Shown here one piece after another: positions 31,732 to 42,600 of a stretch of DNA of 64,000 bases (the stretch's first letter is position 1; the number at the start of each line of letters is the position of its first letter). Made by a program: the position numbers and the translations under genes. Source of the stretch: Thecamonas trahens ATCC 50062 (Eukaryota > Protista > Apusomonadida); NCBI RefSeq assembly GCF_000142905.1, contig NW_013657669.1:496001-560000 (forward strand). Direction: 5' to 3'. The notes beneath the pieces are model-generated. The model saw nothing but the letters and a program-made list of their open reading frames with translations. It did not search any database and was not told the origin of the DNA.

Positions 31732-34700
31732 TTACAGATCGTCAAGCATGTGCAGGCGGTCAACACGGGGCATCGACCGCGAGTGCTGTTGCTCAAGTCG
31801 ACAGCTGAACCCATGTCCACTGGTCGACGACGATGAGTCAAAGTCGTCGTCGACCACCACTCGCGATCGTGATCGTGATCGCGTCCGCGTATCCGACCGC
31901 CGCACCCGGCCCGGGCCCGAGGCCGCCAGCGCCACGCTGACTAGATTGTCGGCCGCTTGCGGCTGCAGCGACGCTGATCGCCGCGGCTGGCCTCGCCGGG
32001 CCGGCCGTGAGCTCTGCGATATTGACCGCGCCGGTGAGGCAGAGACCTCCCGCGACTGCGGCGTTGACCCGCGGCTCCGGCTCAACTCCCGAACCGACCG
32101 CGACTGTGACGACATCCGCGACTCGGGCGCACGCCCGCCGCCGCTACCGCCGTCGCCGCCGTCATCAGCCACACCGCGACTGGCGCTCCTGGTCCGGGTC
32201 TTCGGGCTTCCTGCACTCTCGTCGCGCGCGCTGCCCGGCTTGTCCCAGGCACTGCGGCCTCGGCCAGGGCCATCGTCCCCACCTCCCACATGCGGCGTCG
32301 TGGGCAGCACCGCAACGTGCGGCGCCTCGCGATCGTCGTCGTCGCCAAATATAGGCACCACATCGGCGCGCAGCTCGGCTGCATACTGCACCAGCACCAC
32401 CCGCCGCAGCCGTTCCAGCTCGACCGCCACATCCGCCACATCCTTGTCCTCGTCCAGCACCCTGGCCTTGCTCTTGCCCTTTGCCTTTGCCTTTGCCTTT
32501 GCCTTTGCCTTTGCCTTCGTCTTTGCCTTGGCTTTTCCCTTTCCCTTGCCCTTGGCCTTCGTCTTTCCCTTGCCCACGACGTGGCCATTGCTTTCGCCAA
32601 ACAGGCTTTCGTGCTGCTCAGAGTACTCGTACCCATACCCATACCCATACCCATCGCCATATCCTCCGTATTCGCCAGCATCGTACTCGTCGTACGAGTC
32701 GCCCAGCGCTGAAGACTGGCTAGCGCCCCGATGGCCATCCATGTCTGCGACGTTCGACAACCGCACGGCATGTCCAGTGGCGCCCGATGCATCTGACCAC
32801 GAGTCCGATCCACTCGCTCTATCCGAGTCACGAGCGCCCAACCCGCCTCGCGGTGACTTGGACACTCGAGCGCTCGAACCACCTAGCGGCGGCTCGATGT
32901 TCCACAGAATCTGCTTGCGGAGATCGGTCATGTCGCGCGCACGCGGCTTGGCGCTCCAGTCTACCGACGAGCTCGCTCGCACGATCGACGGCGTGTTGGC
33001 GAGGATTGGTGCCGGCCGCGCCACACCCTCGCGCGCTTCGTCCGATAGGTACGGCAGGAAAGCCACAAGCACATACTCGCCCGACGCTGCGATCTCGACG
33101 TCGCCTGAAAACACATCCGAGTACCCAGGCGCCACATCCTCGTTAAGCGACGGCGCGTGGAGGCCGTCGGCCGGGATGGTCTCGCCGGGGCCGTCTGAGA
33201 GCGACTCGCGCGCGAGCAGCGTCAGCACGTTGCGGTCAAGGTAGTGGACAGCCACGTATGCTGCGCCGAGAACAACCGCCCGGAACGTGACCAACGAGCC
33301 AGTGTCGAGTATCGCCGTGATCGGCGTCACCACCACCGCGCCGTGGCCAGTCAGGGCGTCGACGTCGATGATGTCTTGGCGCGGATGCGCCGCCACGTCG
33401 GCGTCAGCATCGGCTGTCACCGTCGAGCGGTAGTCGAGCAGCGCTCGCCGCGGGTGCCACACGTCGTTACCATCCTGGTTGGCGTCGCGCCCGCACCGAC
33501 CCCAACACCACCCCGTAGAGGGCACAATCGGCGCGCCGCCTGAGACTACCATGACGTACCGACCTGACTTGTAGAAGAGCACGTCGAGATGAACAGTGTG
33601 GTACTCGGGATTGTGCTGGACGACCAGGCTCATGTCGAGCGCGCGCTCGTCGCGCGCCTCTCCACTGTTCGCCAGCTGCGTCGTCGTCAGCGAGACCGCC
33701 GTCGGCCCGTGGCTTGTGGCGCGGGTCTCGGATCGGATCCGCGCGTCGACCGTCGCCGCCTCCTCATTCCCGTATTGCAGAACAAGCGAGAGCCGCCCGT
33801 CGCTCGTTGTCGAGTACTGCAGCTGCGAGACAATGCGAAAGTGCGAGGTGAAAAAGTGTGAGAAGACATGGACGTTGTCGGTCGCGTACCCGCCCACAAT
33901 GCCGGCGAGCTGCATGTTGCGGATGTGCACAATCTCGACCGCAACAGCCACCAGAATGATGGCGGAGAAGACACCTACCAGGCCGATGACAAGCAGCGCC
34001 GTCCAAAACTGCATCGCCTCGAGCAGTGCGCTCTCGCCCTTTCGCGCATTAACGCGGTACAGCACCACGCCGAGCGAGAGAATGAGCGACGACGCTGAGA
34101 GTGATATGAGCTCCAGCCGGTTCGTGGCTCGCTCGATGTATGGCTGGCTGCCGAGTTGAAAGCCGAGGGCAGTGACCATGACCGCCGCAATGAGGATGAT
34201 CTGCAAGTCAACTTGCCCCGCCAACAACTTGCCGCCGACCACTCCGATCTTGCGCGCCAAAATGACCAGTTCCCACAAGTAGTGCTCCGACCGGTAACGT
34301 CGGTACAGGAGGCCGCAGATAGCAATCGCTGACGGGTGGTGCAGCCGCTCGCGCTGGACAAGGAGAACGGCCGCAAAGGCAGCAGGAATGCCGATGCCGT
34401 AAAACGCGAGACCGATGACCGAAGCGTTGCGGAGCCAGGTCCATTGCGCCGACGCTGTTGTGCACGGAATGAGCGGCGCGGCGCGCATGGTCCTTGCCGA
34501 GCCCGCGCCCGCGCCATCCGGCCGTGCGCAGTCAAAGACCTCGAGCATGGTCACCAGCAGCATGATGTACACAATGGAAAAGAGCGAGAGACAGGCGTTG
34601 ATGCACGCACGGCGGTACTTGGCGTTGTTGATGAGGGCAAGGACCGTCGACGGCGTAGACGCCGATGACACTTGGATCACGTCGTGCGCGAGGAGTGAGG

Positions 34701-36264
34701 TGCCGGCATCGCCGCGCGCCTTGGCCGCCCGCTTCCGCTGTATCCGCGCCCGGCACGCGAGGAGCAGGCCGTGGATGAGGATGCAGATGTAAATGAGGAG
34801 AAACATGGCGACAAAAGCGAGCGGAAAGAGCAGCTTGAGCAGCCACTTGGTTTCGTACGACATGCCACCTGACGAGGTGCAGTCGAGCGAGACCACGTCG
34901 AGGTTGAAGTAAAACACCGAGAGCCGCTCAAAGAGCGAGCGGACCGACGATGGCCACCCGAGATCAAAGGTGATGAGGACAGCGGTGACTTGGAAAAAGT
35001 TGAACGCAATCGAGATCGAGGTAAAGTACAACTTGCCCGACTTGGCTGTCCGGACAAGGACGAGGCAGACAACCAGAACAGCGACGACCAGGCCGGCGAT
35101 GACAAAGCCCGAGTAGTTGGGGCACTGAGAACAAACGCCATTGTTGCTGGGAGAGTAAAAGCCTGGCGCGCACGACTCGCACAGGCTCCCGACATACGCT
35201 GGCTTGCTCGTTGCCGCACCGCACGGCCCGCAGAGCTCGCCGAGACAGCAGGCGGCGGCGACCTGGCACGCTACATACGCGCCGGTCGCCGGATCGGTGC
35301 GAAAGCCTGGTGCCGAGACGCAGCGGTCTGCAATCGGCTGGCTACCGGCGCCACCAGCGGCGCACGCTTTGCACGACAGCGATCCGGTGACATTGGTGAA
35401 CGCGTCGGCCGGGCACGGCTGGCACTCGCCGCCGTCAACTGGATTGAAGGTGCCGACCGGGCATGGCTCGCACGAGGTAAAGTCGGGAGACGAAGAGGTG
35501 GCAGGCGGGCACGCGATACAGCCCGACGCGCCGGATGACGGCTGGTAGGTGCCGATCGGACAGCGCGAGCAGCTTGGGGCGCCTTCGCTACCCTCAAAGA
35601 AACCCGGCTTGCAACTCTCGCACGCTCTGGCGCCCGAAGCAGGCTGCGCCGTCCCGATCGGACAGAGGGTACACCCGGGCGCACCATCAGTTGTGGAAAA
35701 CGAGCCCGGGAGGCACGGCGAGCACACCAGGGCGCCATCATTGGGCGCAAAGGTGCCTGCTGAGCAGGGAGTGCAAAAGGTGGCCTCAGGAGCAGCGCTT
35801 GCTGAGCCGCGCGGACACGGATCGCAGACAGATGCGTTTCCGGCCGGCGCGTATGTGCCCGGGAGGCACGGCACGCACGCCAATGAGCCGAGATTGGGGG
35901 CTGCAAAGCCGGGCGTGCAGCTCGAGCACCGCTGTTGGCCGGATTGATCGGTGGCGGTGCCTTTTGGGCACGGCTTGCACGGAGCGATAGAGCCGGCAAC
36001 AGGCGCATGAGTGCCTGGAGGACAATCTGGACAGAAGGAAGCACCGACAGGCGTTGCTGTGCCTGGGTCACATATCAACGGCGATGTCACATTGTATCCG
36101 CATGCATATCCCGGAGGACAAGGTTGGCAGCTCGAAGTGGTGGCATCAAAGAACGAGCCAGGCAAGCACACTGGGAAGGCGAGGCAGAGTCGGAGCGTTG
36201 GGCCTACTGCCACAAGAACGACCAGAGCAAGCCAAGCTCGAGACAACAGTGCTACTCCCTGCAT
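31732..36264 (-). CDS. Large receptor-like membrane protein: signal peptide, GCC2/GCC3 (ephrin-receptor-like) Cys-rich repeats, multi-TM domain, long cytoplasmic tail
   Basis: More than 12 C.PC.PG(T/S)(F/Y) repeats, then about 9 hydrophobic helices with FFQV..., L.WP, LYRRYR...Y.WELVIL.RK and QPY....NRLE motifs typical of protist Cys-rich multi-TM proteins. Confidence 0.85.
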   Translation of the reverse strand: MQGVALLSRAWLALVVLVAVGPTLRLCLAFPVCLPGSFFDATTSSCQPCPPGYACGYNVTSPLICDPGTATPVGASFCPDCPPGTHAPVAGSIAPCKPCPKGTATDQSGQQRCSSCTPGFAAPNLGSLACVPCLPGTYAPAGNASVCDPCPRGSASAAPEATFCTPCSAGTFAPNDGALVCSPCLPGSFSTTDGAPGCTLCPIGTAQPASGARACESCKPGFFEGSEGAPSCSRCPIGTYQPSSGASGCIACPPATSSSPDFTSCEPCPVGTFNPVDGGECQPCPADAFTNVTGSLSCKACAAGGAGSQPIADRCVSAPGFRTDPATGAYVACQVAAACCLGELCGPCGAATSKPAYVGSLCESCAPGFYSPSNNGVCSQCPNYSGFVIAGLVVAVLVVCLVLVRTAKSGKLYFTSISIAFNFFQVTAVLITFDLGWPSSVRSLFERLSVFYFNLDVVSLDCTSSGGMSYETKWLLKLLFPLAFVAMFLLIYICILIHGLLLACRARIQRKRAAKARGDAGTSLLAHDVIQVSSASTPSTVLALINNAKYRRACINACLSLFSIVYIMLLVTMLEVFDCARPDGAGAGSARTMRAAPLIPCTTASAQWTWLRNASVIGLAFYGIGIPAAFAAVLLVQRERLHHPSAIAICGLLYRRYRSEHYLWELVILARKIGVVGGKLLAGQVDLQIILIAAVMVTALGFQLGSQPYIERATNRLELISLSASSLILSLGVVLYRVNARKGESALLEAMQFWTALLVIGLVGVFSAIILVAVAVEIVHIRNMQLAGIVGGYATDNVHVFSHFFTSHFRIVSQLQYSTTSDGRLSLVLQYGNEEAATVDARIRSETRATSHGPTAVSLTTTQLANSGEARDERALDMSLVVQHNPEYHTVHLDVLFYKSGRYVMVVSGGAPIVPSTGWCWGRCGRDANQDGNDVWHPRRALLDYRSTVTADADADVAAHPRQDIIDVDALTGHGAVVVTPITAILDTGSLVTFRAVVLGAAYVAVHYLDRNVLTLLARESLSDGPGETIPADGLHAPSLNEDVAPGYSDVFSGDVEIAASGEYVLVAFLPYLSDEAREGVARPAPILANTPSIVRASSSVDWSAKPRARDMTDLRKQILWNIEPPLGGSSARVSKSPRGGLGARDSDRASGSDSWSDASGATGHAVRLSNVADMDGHRGASQSSALGDSYDEYDAGEYGGYGDGYGYGYGYEYSEQHESLFGESNGHVVGKGKTKAKGKGKGKAKAKTKAKAKAKAKAKAKGKSKARVLDEDKDVADVAVELERLRRVVLVQYAAELRADVVPIFGDDDDREAPHVAVLPTTPHVGGGDDGPGRGRSAWDKPGSARDESAGSPKTRTRSASRGVADDGGDGGSGGGRAPESRMSSQSRSVRELSRSRGSTPQSREVSASPARSISQSSRPARRGQPRRSASLQPQAADNLVSVALAASGPGRVRRSDTRTRSRSRSRVVVDDDFDSSSSTSGHGFSCRLEQQHSRSMPRVDRLHMLDDL

Positions 36265-36476
36265 ATACACTGTTCGAGAGGTGCAAGCGGTAGGAGGTGA
36301 GGGCCGTGAGGTGCGAGTGCCGATCCGCTCTCGCTCTCTCGGTGCGGCTTGGCGGCTCTTGCGACGGTGTTCGCCGCCGAGTTGAGTGGCTTGGGCATTG
36401 TCTGTTCGTTTGTTGTTGTCATGGCGGAACAAATCCAGCACGCCCGCCCGCCCGCCTCTTGGATGTCTCTTCCTGC

Positions 36477-38144
36477 TTACAGACTCGGCAAGAGCTGGGT
36501 GAGGGCAGCGTCAAGCAGGATGCCGCCATGGGCGAGGCGCGGCTCGGCGGCGGCGGCGGTGAGGAGCTCGTTGGCGCCGGCTTGAGTGAGTGCGTTGGAC
36601 ATGAGATCGAGCGAGGTGAGCGAGTGGGCGCGGGCGAGCGCCGGGAGGAGGTGGGCGACGGCGGCGTCGTCGACGGCGTTACCGTTGAGGCGGAGGGCAC
36701 GGAGGGGAATGCTGCCATCGCGGGCAAAAAGGGCGGACGACGCGAGCGCGTCGATACCGGGCGAGCCGATGTCGCAAGCGCCGAGGTCAAGGAGGGCTAA
36801 GATCGACCGAGTCTCCGGCAGCGAGAGCGCGGCGGCGAGAGCGGCGGCGCCACGGTTGCCGATGTCCTCGTTGGCGTAGGCTGTAATGGCGGTGAGAGTG
36901 TGAGAGCCGCAGATGAGCGCACCGAGCGCGGCGGCGCCATCGACCCCACAGGCAACGCAGTTGAGGTTGAGCGAGACAAGGTTGGGCAGCGCAGCCGGTG
37001 CTTGCGGCGAAGCAAGGGCATCGACAATGGCGGAGACGCCCGAGTCGCCGAGCTCGTTCATCTCAAACGAAAGATGGGTGAGCGATGGCATGATGACGCC
37101 CGAGGTGAGCGCGGTGCCGATGCGTGCGGCGTCGTCAGCGGAGAGTTGGGTGTCAAAGAGCACGAGGCGGGTGAGCGCGGCTTGGACCGGAGGGCGGGCC
37201 AGAAAAGCCGAGAGCGTCGGCAGCCACAACGCCGGGGTAGCCAAGTCATCATCGTCGTCGTTGTCCACGTTGCCGGGCCGGAGAGTGACGGCGGCGGCGT
37301 TCGAGGTGACGGCAACAAGCGCGTCGGCGATGCGGTGCGGGGCAACGAGTGCGCGCGGCGGGAGGGCAAGAGACGCCCGTGGATCGAGCGCGTCCTCCTC
37401 AAGTAACAACGCGAGGTTGTCGAGGCCGTAGTCCGCAGCGTCGTAGTACTCGTCGTACACGCCGTATAGAGTGAGCAGGCGTGGGAGGACGGGGTGGCCT
37501 TCCACCATGGAGTGAAGCCACTTGAGCGCGCCACCGGATCCGATCGAGTCAGACGGGGAGTCAGGAGCGACGAGCGAGCCGTCCATCAGCGGATCAGCGT
37601 CGGGCGCCGCTAGCGCATCGTCGTCAAGAAGAACAACCTGGACAAGCGGGCAGTTGCTCGCTACCTCATAGAGTACCTGGGCCGAGACAAGAGTAGCACG
37701 CAGATCAAGCGCCACCACGTCGGCTCCAATCCGGTCCAGCATAGCCCCGACATCGCCGTCAGCCAGATCAGTACATCCCCGGAGCACGAGCCATCCATCG
37801 GAACTGACCCGAGCTGCAGCCGCCACCTGGTCGGCGGGCGTGCCCGGGGGCGCCACCGGCTCGAGCCCGTTTGCCCATCGAATCCACAACGGGAGCGGAT
37901 CAGTGTGTGAGCTCGGCTTCTGCTCTGGGCTCTGGCCTCGTGTCTTGGTTGACAACGTTGCTGGTGACCGTGCCGGCTCCTTTGGCGACTTTGATCGCGA
38001 CTTGCCCGCCTTGGACGACTTGCGCGCCGGCGTGGAGTGCCTCGGCTCACTTCCAGCCCCTGCCGACTCTTGCTCTCGCCCGCCTGCCTTGGTCCTGCGC
38101 AGCGGTGGGTCATCCGGAGATGGTGATGACGCACCACAACCCAT
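36477..38144 (-). CDS. RNI-like leucine-rich repeat protein with N-myristoylation/palmitoylation motif (MGCGASS)
   Basis: LTHLSFEMNELGDSGVSAI, LDLGACDIGSPG, LRLNGNAVDDAA, LTSLDLMSNALTQAGA. Confidence 0.85.
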   Translation of the reverse strand: MGCGASSPSPDDPPLRRTKAGGREQESAGAGSEPRHSTPARKSSKAGKSRSKSPKEPARSPATLSTKTRGQSPEQKPSSHTDPLPLWIRWANGLEPVAPPGTPADQVAAAARVSSDGWLVLRGCTDLADGDVGAMLDRIGADVVALDLRATLVSAQVLYEVASNCPLVQVVLLDDDALAAPDADPLMDGSLVAPDSPSDSIGSGGALKWLHSMVEGHPVLPRLLTLYGVYDEYYDAADYGLDNLALLLEEDALDPRASLALPPRALVAPHRIADALVAVTSNAAAVTLRPGNVDNDDDDDLATPALWLPTLSAFLARPPVQAALTRLVLFDTQLSADDAARIGTALTSGVIMPSLTHLSFEMNELGDSGVSAIVDALASPQAPAALPNLVSLNLNCVACGVDGAAALGALICGSHTLTAITAYANEDIGNRGAAALAAALSLPETRSILALLDLGACDIGSPGIDALASSALFARDGSIPLRALRLNGNAVDDAAVAHLLPALARAHSLTSLDLMSNALTQAGANELLTAAAAEPRLAHGGILLDAALTQLLPSL

Positions 38145-38628
38145 TTGTAGCGTGAGTGGTTTGTTGGGAGACGTGTATGTGGTCTTGGGCATTGTGCCGT
38201 GTCGACAGCCTGTCCGTTGCCGCAGTTTGGCAGAGCTTGGCGATGCCTGCCGCTGCCTCTCTTTAGGCCAACTAAGGCCAAGCAAGGGAGATGAGGAGGG
38301 AGAGAGAGACACATGCGATCGAGCAACCGCCGCACATAGTTATCACCCAATTGTCGGTAGTCAGATCGTGGATGATGGCAATGGTAGTGCGTGTGCCCCT
38401 GTCCCACCGCCTCTATAAGCCAACCTCGCGTGCCTCCCCGGCTCCAACCACGTCTGCTGTACCCTCCTCAAGCTTCAGCACGGGTGCGATGGGACAACTA
38501 CCGCCATCCAGGGCCATCCAGGGCCATTCCGCCCACACCTTCCTCTCGTACTTCAACACCGCCACCATCACCGGTCATCATCGATCATCATCGTCGGAAG
38601 GCATACCTCTCTCTCTCCGGTGTGATCC

Positions 38629-41176
38629 ATGTCGTCGGAGAAGCTCACCCGAGTTGCCATTGTTGAGGCTGAGCGGTGCAAGCCGCGTCGTTGCGGCCTC
38701 GAGTGCAAGCGCAACTGCCCCGTTGTTCGCATGGGTACGTAACATTGCTTGCCCTTTCTCTCTCCATGAGTACCACCCCTATCCTGGTATTGTGTAGTAC
38801 CTTGTCATGGCCTCCCCCCCCCCCCCCCCCCCCCCCCTGCTGCCGCCGCCCTCCAACTCGGCGGATGGTGATTGGGCGTCTTGTTGCCAGGCAACGCCCA
38901 CTCCTGGTCTTTCCTCCCGCCATCCTCAACGACACATCCGTGTGACACGTCCATGACTGGACACTACATGTACCTCGCCCAATGCTCTACCCAACGAGTC
39001 CACTATGTGGGGTATGGCTCGTGAGGTTCGCTCGCCTTTTGTCGCTCAGTGGACGCCCTTGGAACTCGGCTTGGTCACTTTGGGAAGATTTCTGTCCGAC
39101 GGCGCCGGACCGACCCGACCTCGTTGACCTCGATTGGATGCGATTGGGTGCGTTTGGCAGGGCACAATGGTCAGCTGTAGCTGGGCGCACTCTAGATGGC
39201 GGGCTTGGGCCTGGGAATGGGGCTGGGAAGCGGTTTGGATTGATGGTGGCGCGCTGATCGAAAGGCAGAGGCGAGCGTGTGCGGGTGTATTTTTGCTGCT
39301 CTGGACGCAGGGCCCGATGGGCAGCCCGATGGGCAGCCCGATGGGTCGTGTGCGGACAAATGGGGCTCGGTAGCTTGATCGGATGAGGACTCATGATGGC
39401 GAGGGTGCGCGCTCTCTCTTTGTGTGTGGTACGAGGGTTGTAGGCAAGTTGTGCATCGAGGTGACGTCCAAGTCGAAGAAGTCGTGGATCTCTGAGGAGC
39501 TCTGCAATGGATGTGGTATTTGCGTGCGCAAGTGCCCGATGAAGGCGATCACGATCATCAACTTGCCGAAGAACCTGTCGAAGCAGACGACGCACCGGTA
39601 CGGTGCCAACTCGTTCAAGCTCCATCGGCTGCCGACGCCGCGTGCGGGGCAGGTGCTGGGGCTTGTGGGGACGAACGGTATTGGCAAGTCGACGGCGCTC
39701 AAGGTGCTGGCCGGCAAGCAGAAGCCGAACCTGGGCGACTTTGAGGACCCGCCGGACTGGGAAGACATTCTGCGGTACTTCCGCGGGTCGGAGCTGCAGA
39801 ACTACTTTACCAAGATCCTGGAGGACGACATCAAGTGCGTGGTCAAGCCGCAGTACGTGGACCACATTCCCAAGGCGGTCAAGGGTACAGTGGGCTCGAT
39901 TCTGGAGGCCAAGTCTGAGCGGGACAACGAGGCCGAGCTCATCGAGCTCCTGGAGCTGGAGGATGTGCAGCAGCGTGATGTCAAGGCGCTGTCAGGTGGC
40001 GAGCTGCAGCGGTTTGCCATTTGCGTGGTGGCGGTGCAGGAGGCGGATGTGTACATGTTTGACGAGCCGTCGTCGTACCTGGACGTCAAGCAGCGTCTGA
40101 CTGCGGCGCGGGTGATCCGCGACCTGGTGAAGGACGACTCGACGTACTGCGTGGTTGTGGAGCACGATCTCTCGGTCCTTGACTACCTCTCGGACTACGT
40201 GTGCGTGCTGTACGGCAAGCCCGGTGTGTACGGCGTGGTCACCATGCCGTACTCGGTCCGCGAGGGCATCAACATCTTCCTCGCCGGCTTTATCCCGACG
40301 GAGAACCTGCGGTTCCGCAACGAGGCGCTCACGTTCAAGGTGGCCGAGACGGCCGAGGAGGACGAGGCCGACGACTCGCGGTTCCGGCGCTACTCGTACC
40401 CGTCGATGGTCAAGACGTTCCACGACAAGAAGACCTCGTCGAGCTTCAAGCTCAACGTCGAGGCTGGTGAGTTTACCGATGCCGAGATTGTCGTCATGCT
40501 CGGCGAGAACGGCACAGGCAAGACCACGTTCATCCGCATGCTCGCGGGCCTGCTGCAGCCGGACGACGAGTCGGTCAACGTGCCCGAGCTCAACGTCTCG
40601 TACAAGCCGCAGAAGATCTCGCCGCGCTTCAAGGGCACTGTCCGCCAGCTGCTTACCAAGAAGATTCGGACAAAGCTCATGACGCCGACCTTCCAGGCCG
40701 AGGTCATCCGCCCGCTCCTCATCGAGGAGATTATGGACCAGATGGTGCTCAACCTCTCCGGCGGTGAGCTGCAGCGCGTCGCCCTCACGCTCTGCCTCGG
40801 CCACCCGGCCGATGTCTACCTCATCGACGAGCCGTCGGCGTACCTCGACTCGGAGCAGCGCATCTCTGCCGCCCGCGCCATCAAGCGCTACATCATCCAC
40901 GCCAAGAAGACCGCCTTTATCGTCGAGCACGACTTTATCATGGCCACCTACATGGCCGATCGTGTCGTCGTCTACTCGGGCCAGCCGGCCGTCGAGGCCA
41001 CCGCCAACACGCCCGAGTCGCTCCTCACCGGCATGAACAAGTTCCTCTGCTCGCTCAACATCACCTTCCGCCGCGATCCGGCCAACTACCGCCCGCGCAT
41101 CAACAAGCTCGGCTCGGTCAAGGACTCGTCGCAGAAGTCGTCGGGCAACTACTTCTTCATGGACGACGAAGACTAA
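38629..41176 (+). CDS. ABCE1: ABCE1/RLI1 ribosome-recycling ATPase; exons 38629-38734, 39444-41176
   Basis: Fe-S N-terminus [28 protein letters not shown]|KLCIEV...[12 protein letters not shown]. Two ABC domains ([26 protein letters not shown]). C-terminal RPRINK...SGNYFF. Confidence 0.98.
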
Positions 41177-42600
41177 GCGTCACAATAACATCATCACCGC
41201 AGTGCGACGAGGGGCAGGGAAGATGCAAGAAGGAAGAAAGAAAGGGGTGGTGTGGAGATACAATCGAATGTTATTATGACACGCGTATCGTGGGCTCGCA
41301 TCGGCCGACAACGCCGTAGCCGACAAGGCTGGCGTCTGTGCCGAAGCGAGGAAAGAGATAGAGCCGGGCGCAAGCAAGCTCAGCGAGGAGCAGCGCGGCG
41401 AAAATGTGCAGTTAGCAGAGCATGGTACACAACCTTGTCGTCTGTTTCATGATTCGAGTCATCGATGATGAGTATGGGCGCAAGGGAAAGGGTGATGGCA
41501 TGCGGTGCAAGGGGAAAAAAATAATCCAGTCCGGACATTGGTCGCCGACCATCAACCTCACCATCCACTTTGTCTGTCTCTCGTGCGGCGCTTCATGAAG
41601 GCAGCGGGACGCGGGAGGACAGGCAAAGAGGAGGAAGAAGGAAGAACGGGAAGACCAATGCAGGAAGATTGCAAGAGACTCAGTCCAAGGAAGGCATTGT
41701 ATTTTTGCCTCAGTCATGGGCTCTGGACCGGTTCCGGTCGTACCAACACGGCTCAACACAATAGAGAATGGGGAACCCGCAGCTGCAAAAAGCAGAAGGG
41801 GCTCAACCCAAGACCTCTACCATGGAACAACGTGTGGGTCTAGGCACGACCGGTCGGATATTCCAGTTTCAGACGTAACACTGCGAATGTATGGGTAACA
41901 ATTCATCATTGCCTCAAGCAACCACAAGGGGGTGGTGATGGTAGGGGGGGGGGGAGGGGGAGGGGGAGGGGCGTACCGTGGGATGGACGAAAAGGATTTG
42001 GATGAACCGAAAATGGGCGAGAAGTGGTTGCTCTTCACGACGCAAACAGTTGGAAATAGGCAAGCCGCAAGTCATTGGCTTTGTCTGCTCGGGCGAACAA
42101 TCGGATCGATGCGTGTCGAGCGATCGAGTTGATGGAGTCGTCGATGTGACCCCGAGTCATTAGGGCTGTTTTCGAGTCATTGGGTCGATTCGATCGATGC
42201 CGTCAGGATGAAAGGAAGAGTGCAATCTGCTTGTCCGTGCTTGATGGATCTGTTGATGGTGCCGTGGATGTGGCAACCATCGACAGAGAAGCGGGCGGGC
42301 CGGGAGGGGGGGGGGGGGGGGGTAAGGGCCTTTATTCCCATTGGTGTGGAGGAATCTCGAACCAAGTTGTCCGACGCCTTGGCGGGCGGCAGATTCTTCG
42401 CTGTGCCAGCCAGCCAGCCAGCCAGCCAACCAATGCCGCAGCCATAGCGAGAGCGACAGCGAGAGCGATAGGCAGCAGCACCTCACCAGCACTGTCTCCA
42501 ACTCCACCCTCTTCGACCTGTGACCTGTGACTGTCCAGAAGCACGAGCACTTCCCTTTTCCCTCCCTCCCCTCCCTCCCGCCCCTGCCAAGAGCATCACC

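Noticed and set aside
39350-39375. RNase MRP/P RNA in the ABCE1 intron (ACAAATGGGGCTC resembles CR-V)
   Set aside because: No matching CR-I (GAAAGTCCCC-like) element was found upstream.
41180-42600. Small ORFs and an ATGATGA box C-like motif downstream of ABCE1
   Set aside because: No coding bias, no paired D box or terminal stem, and no recognisable element.
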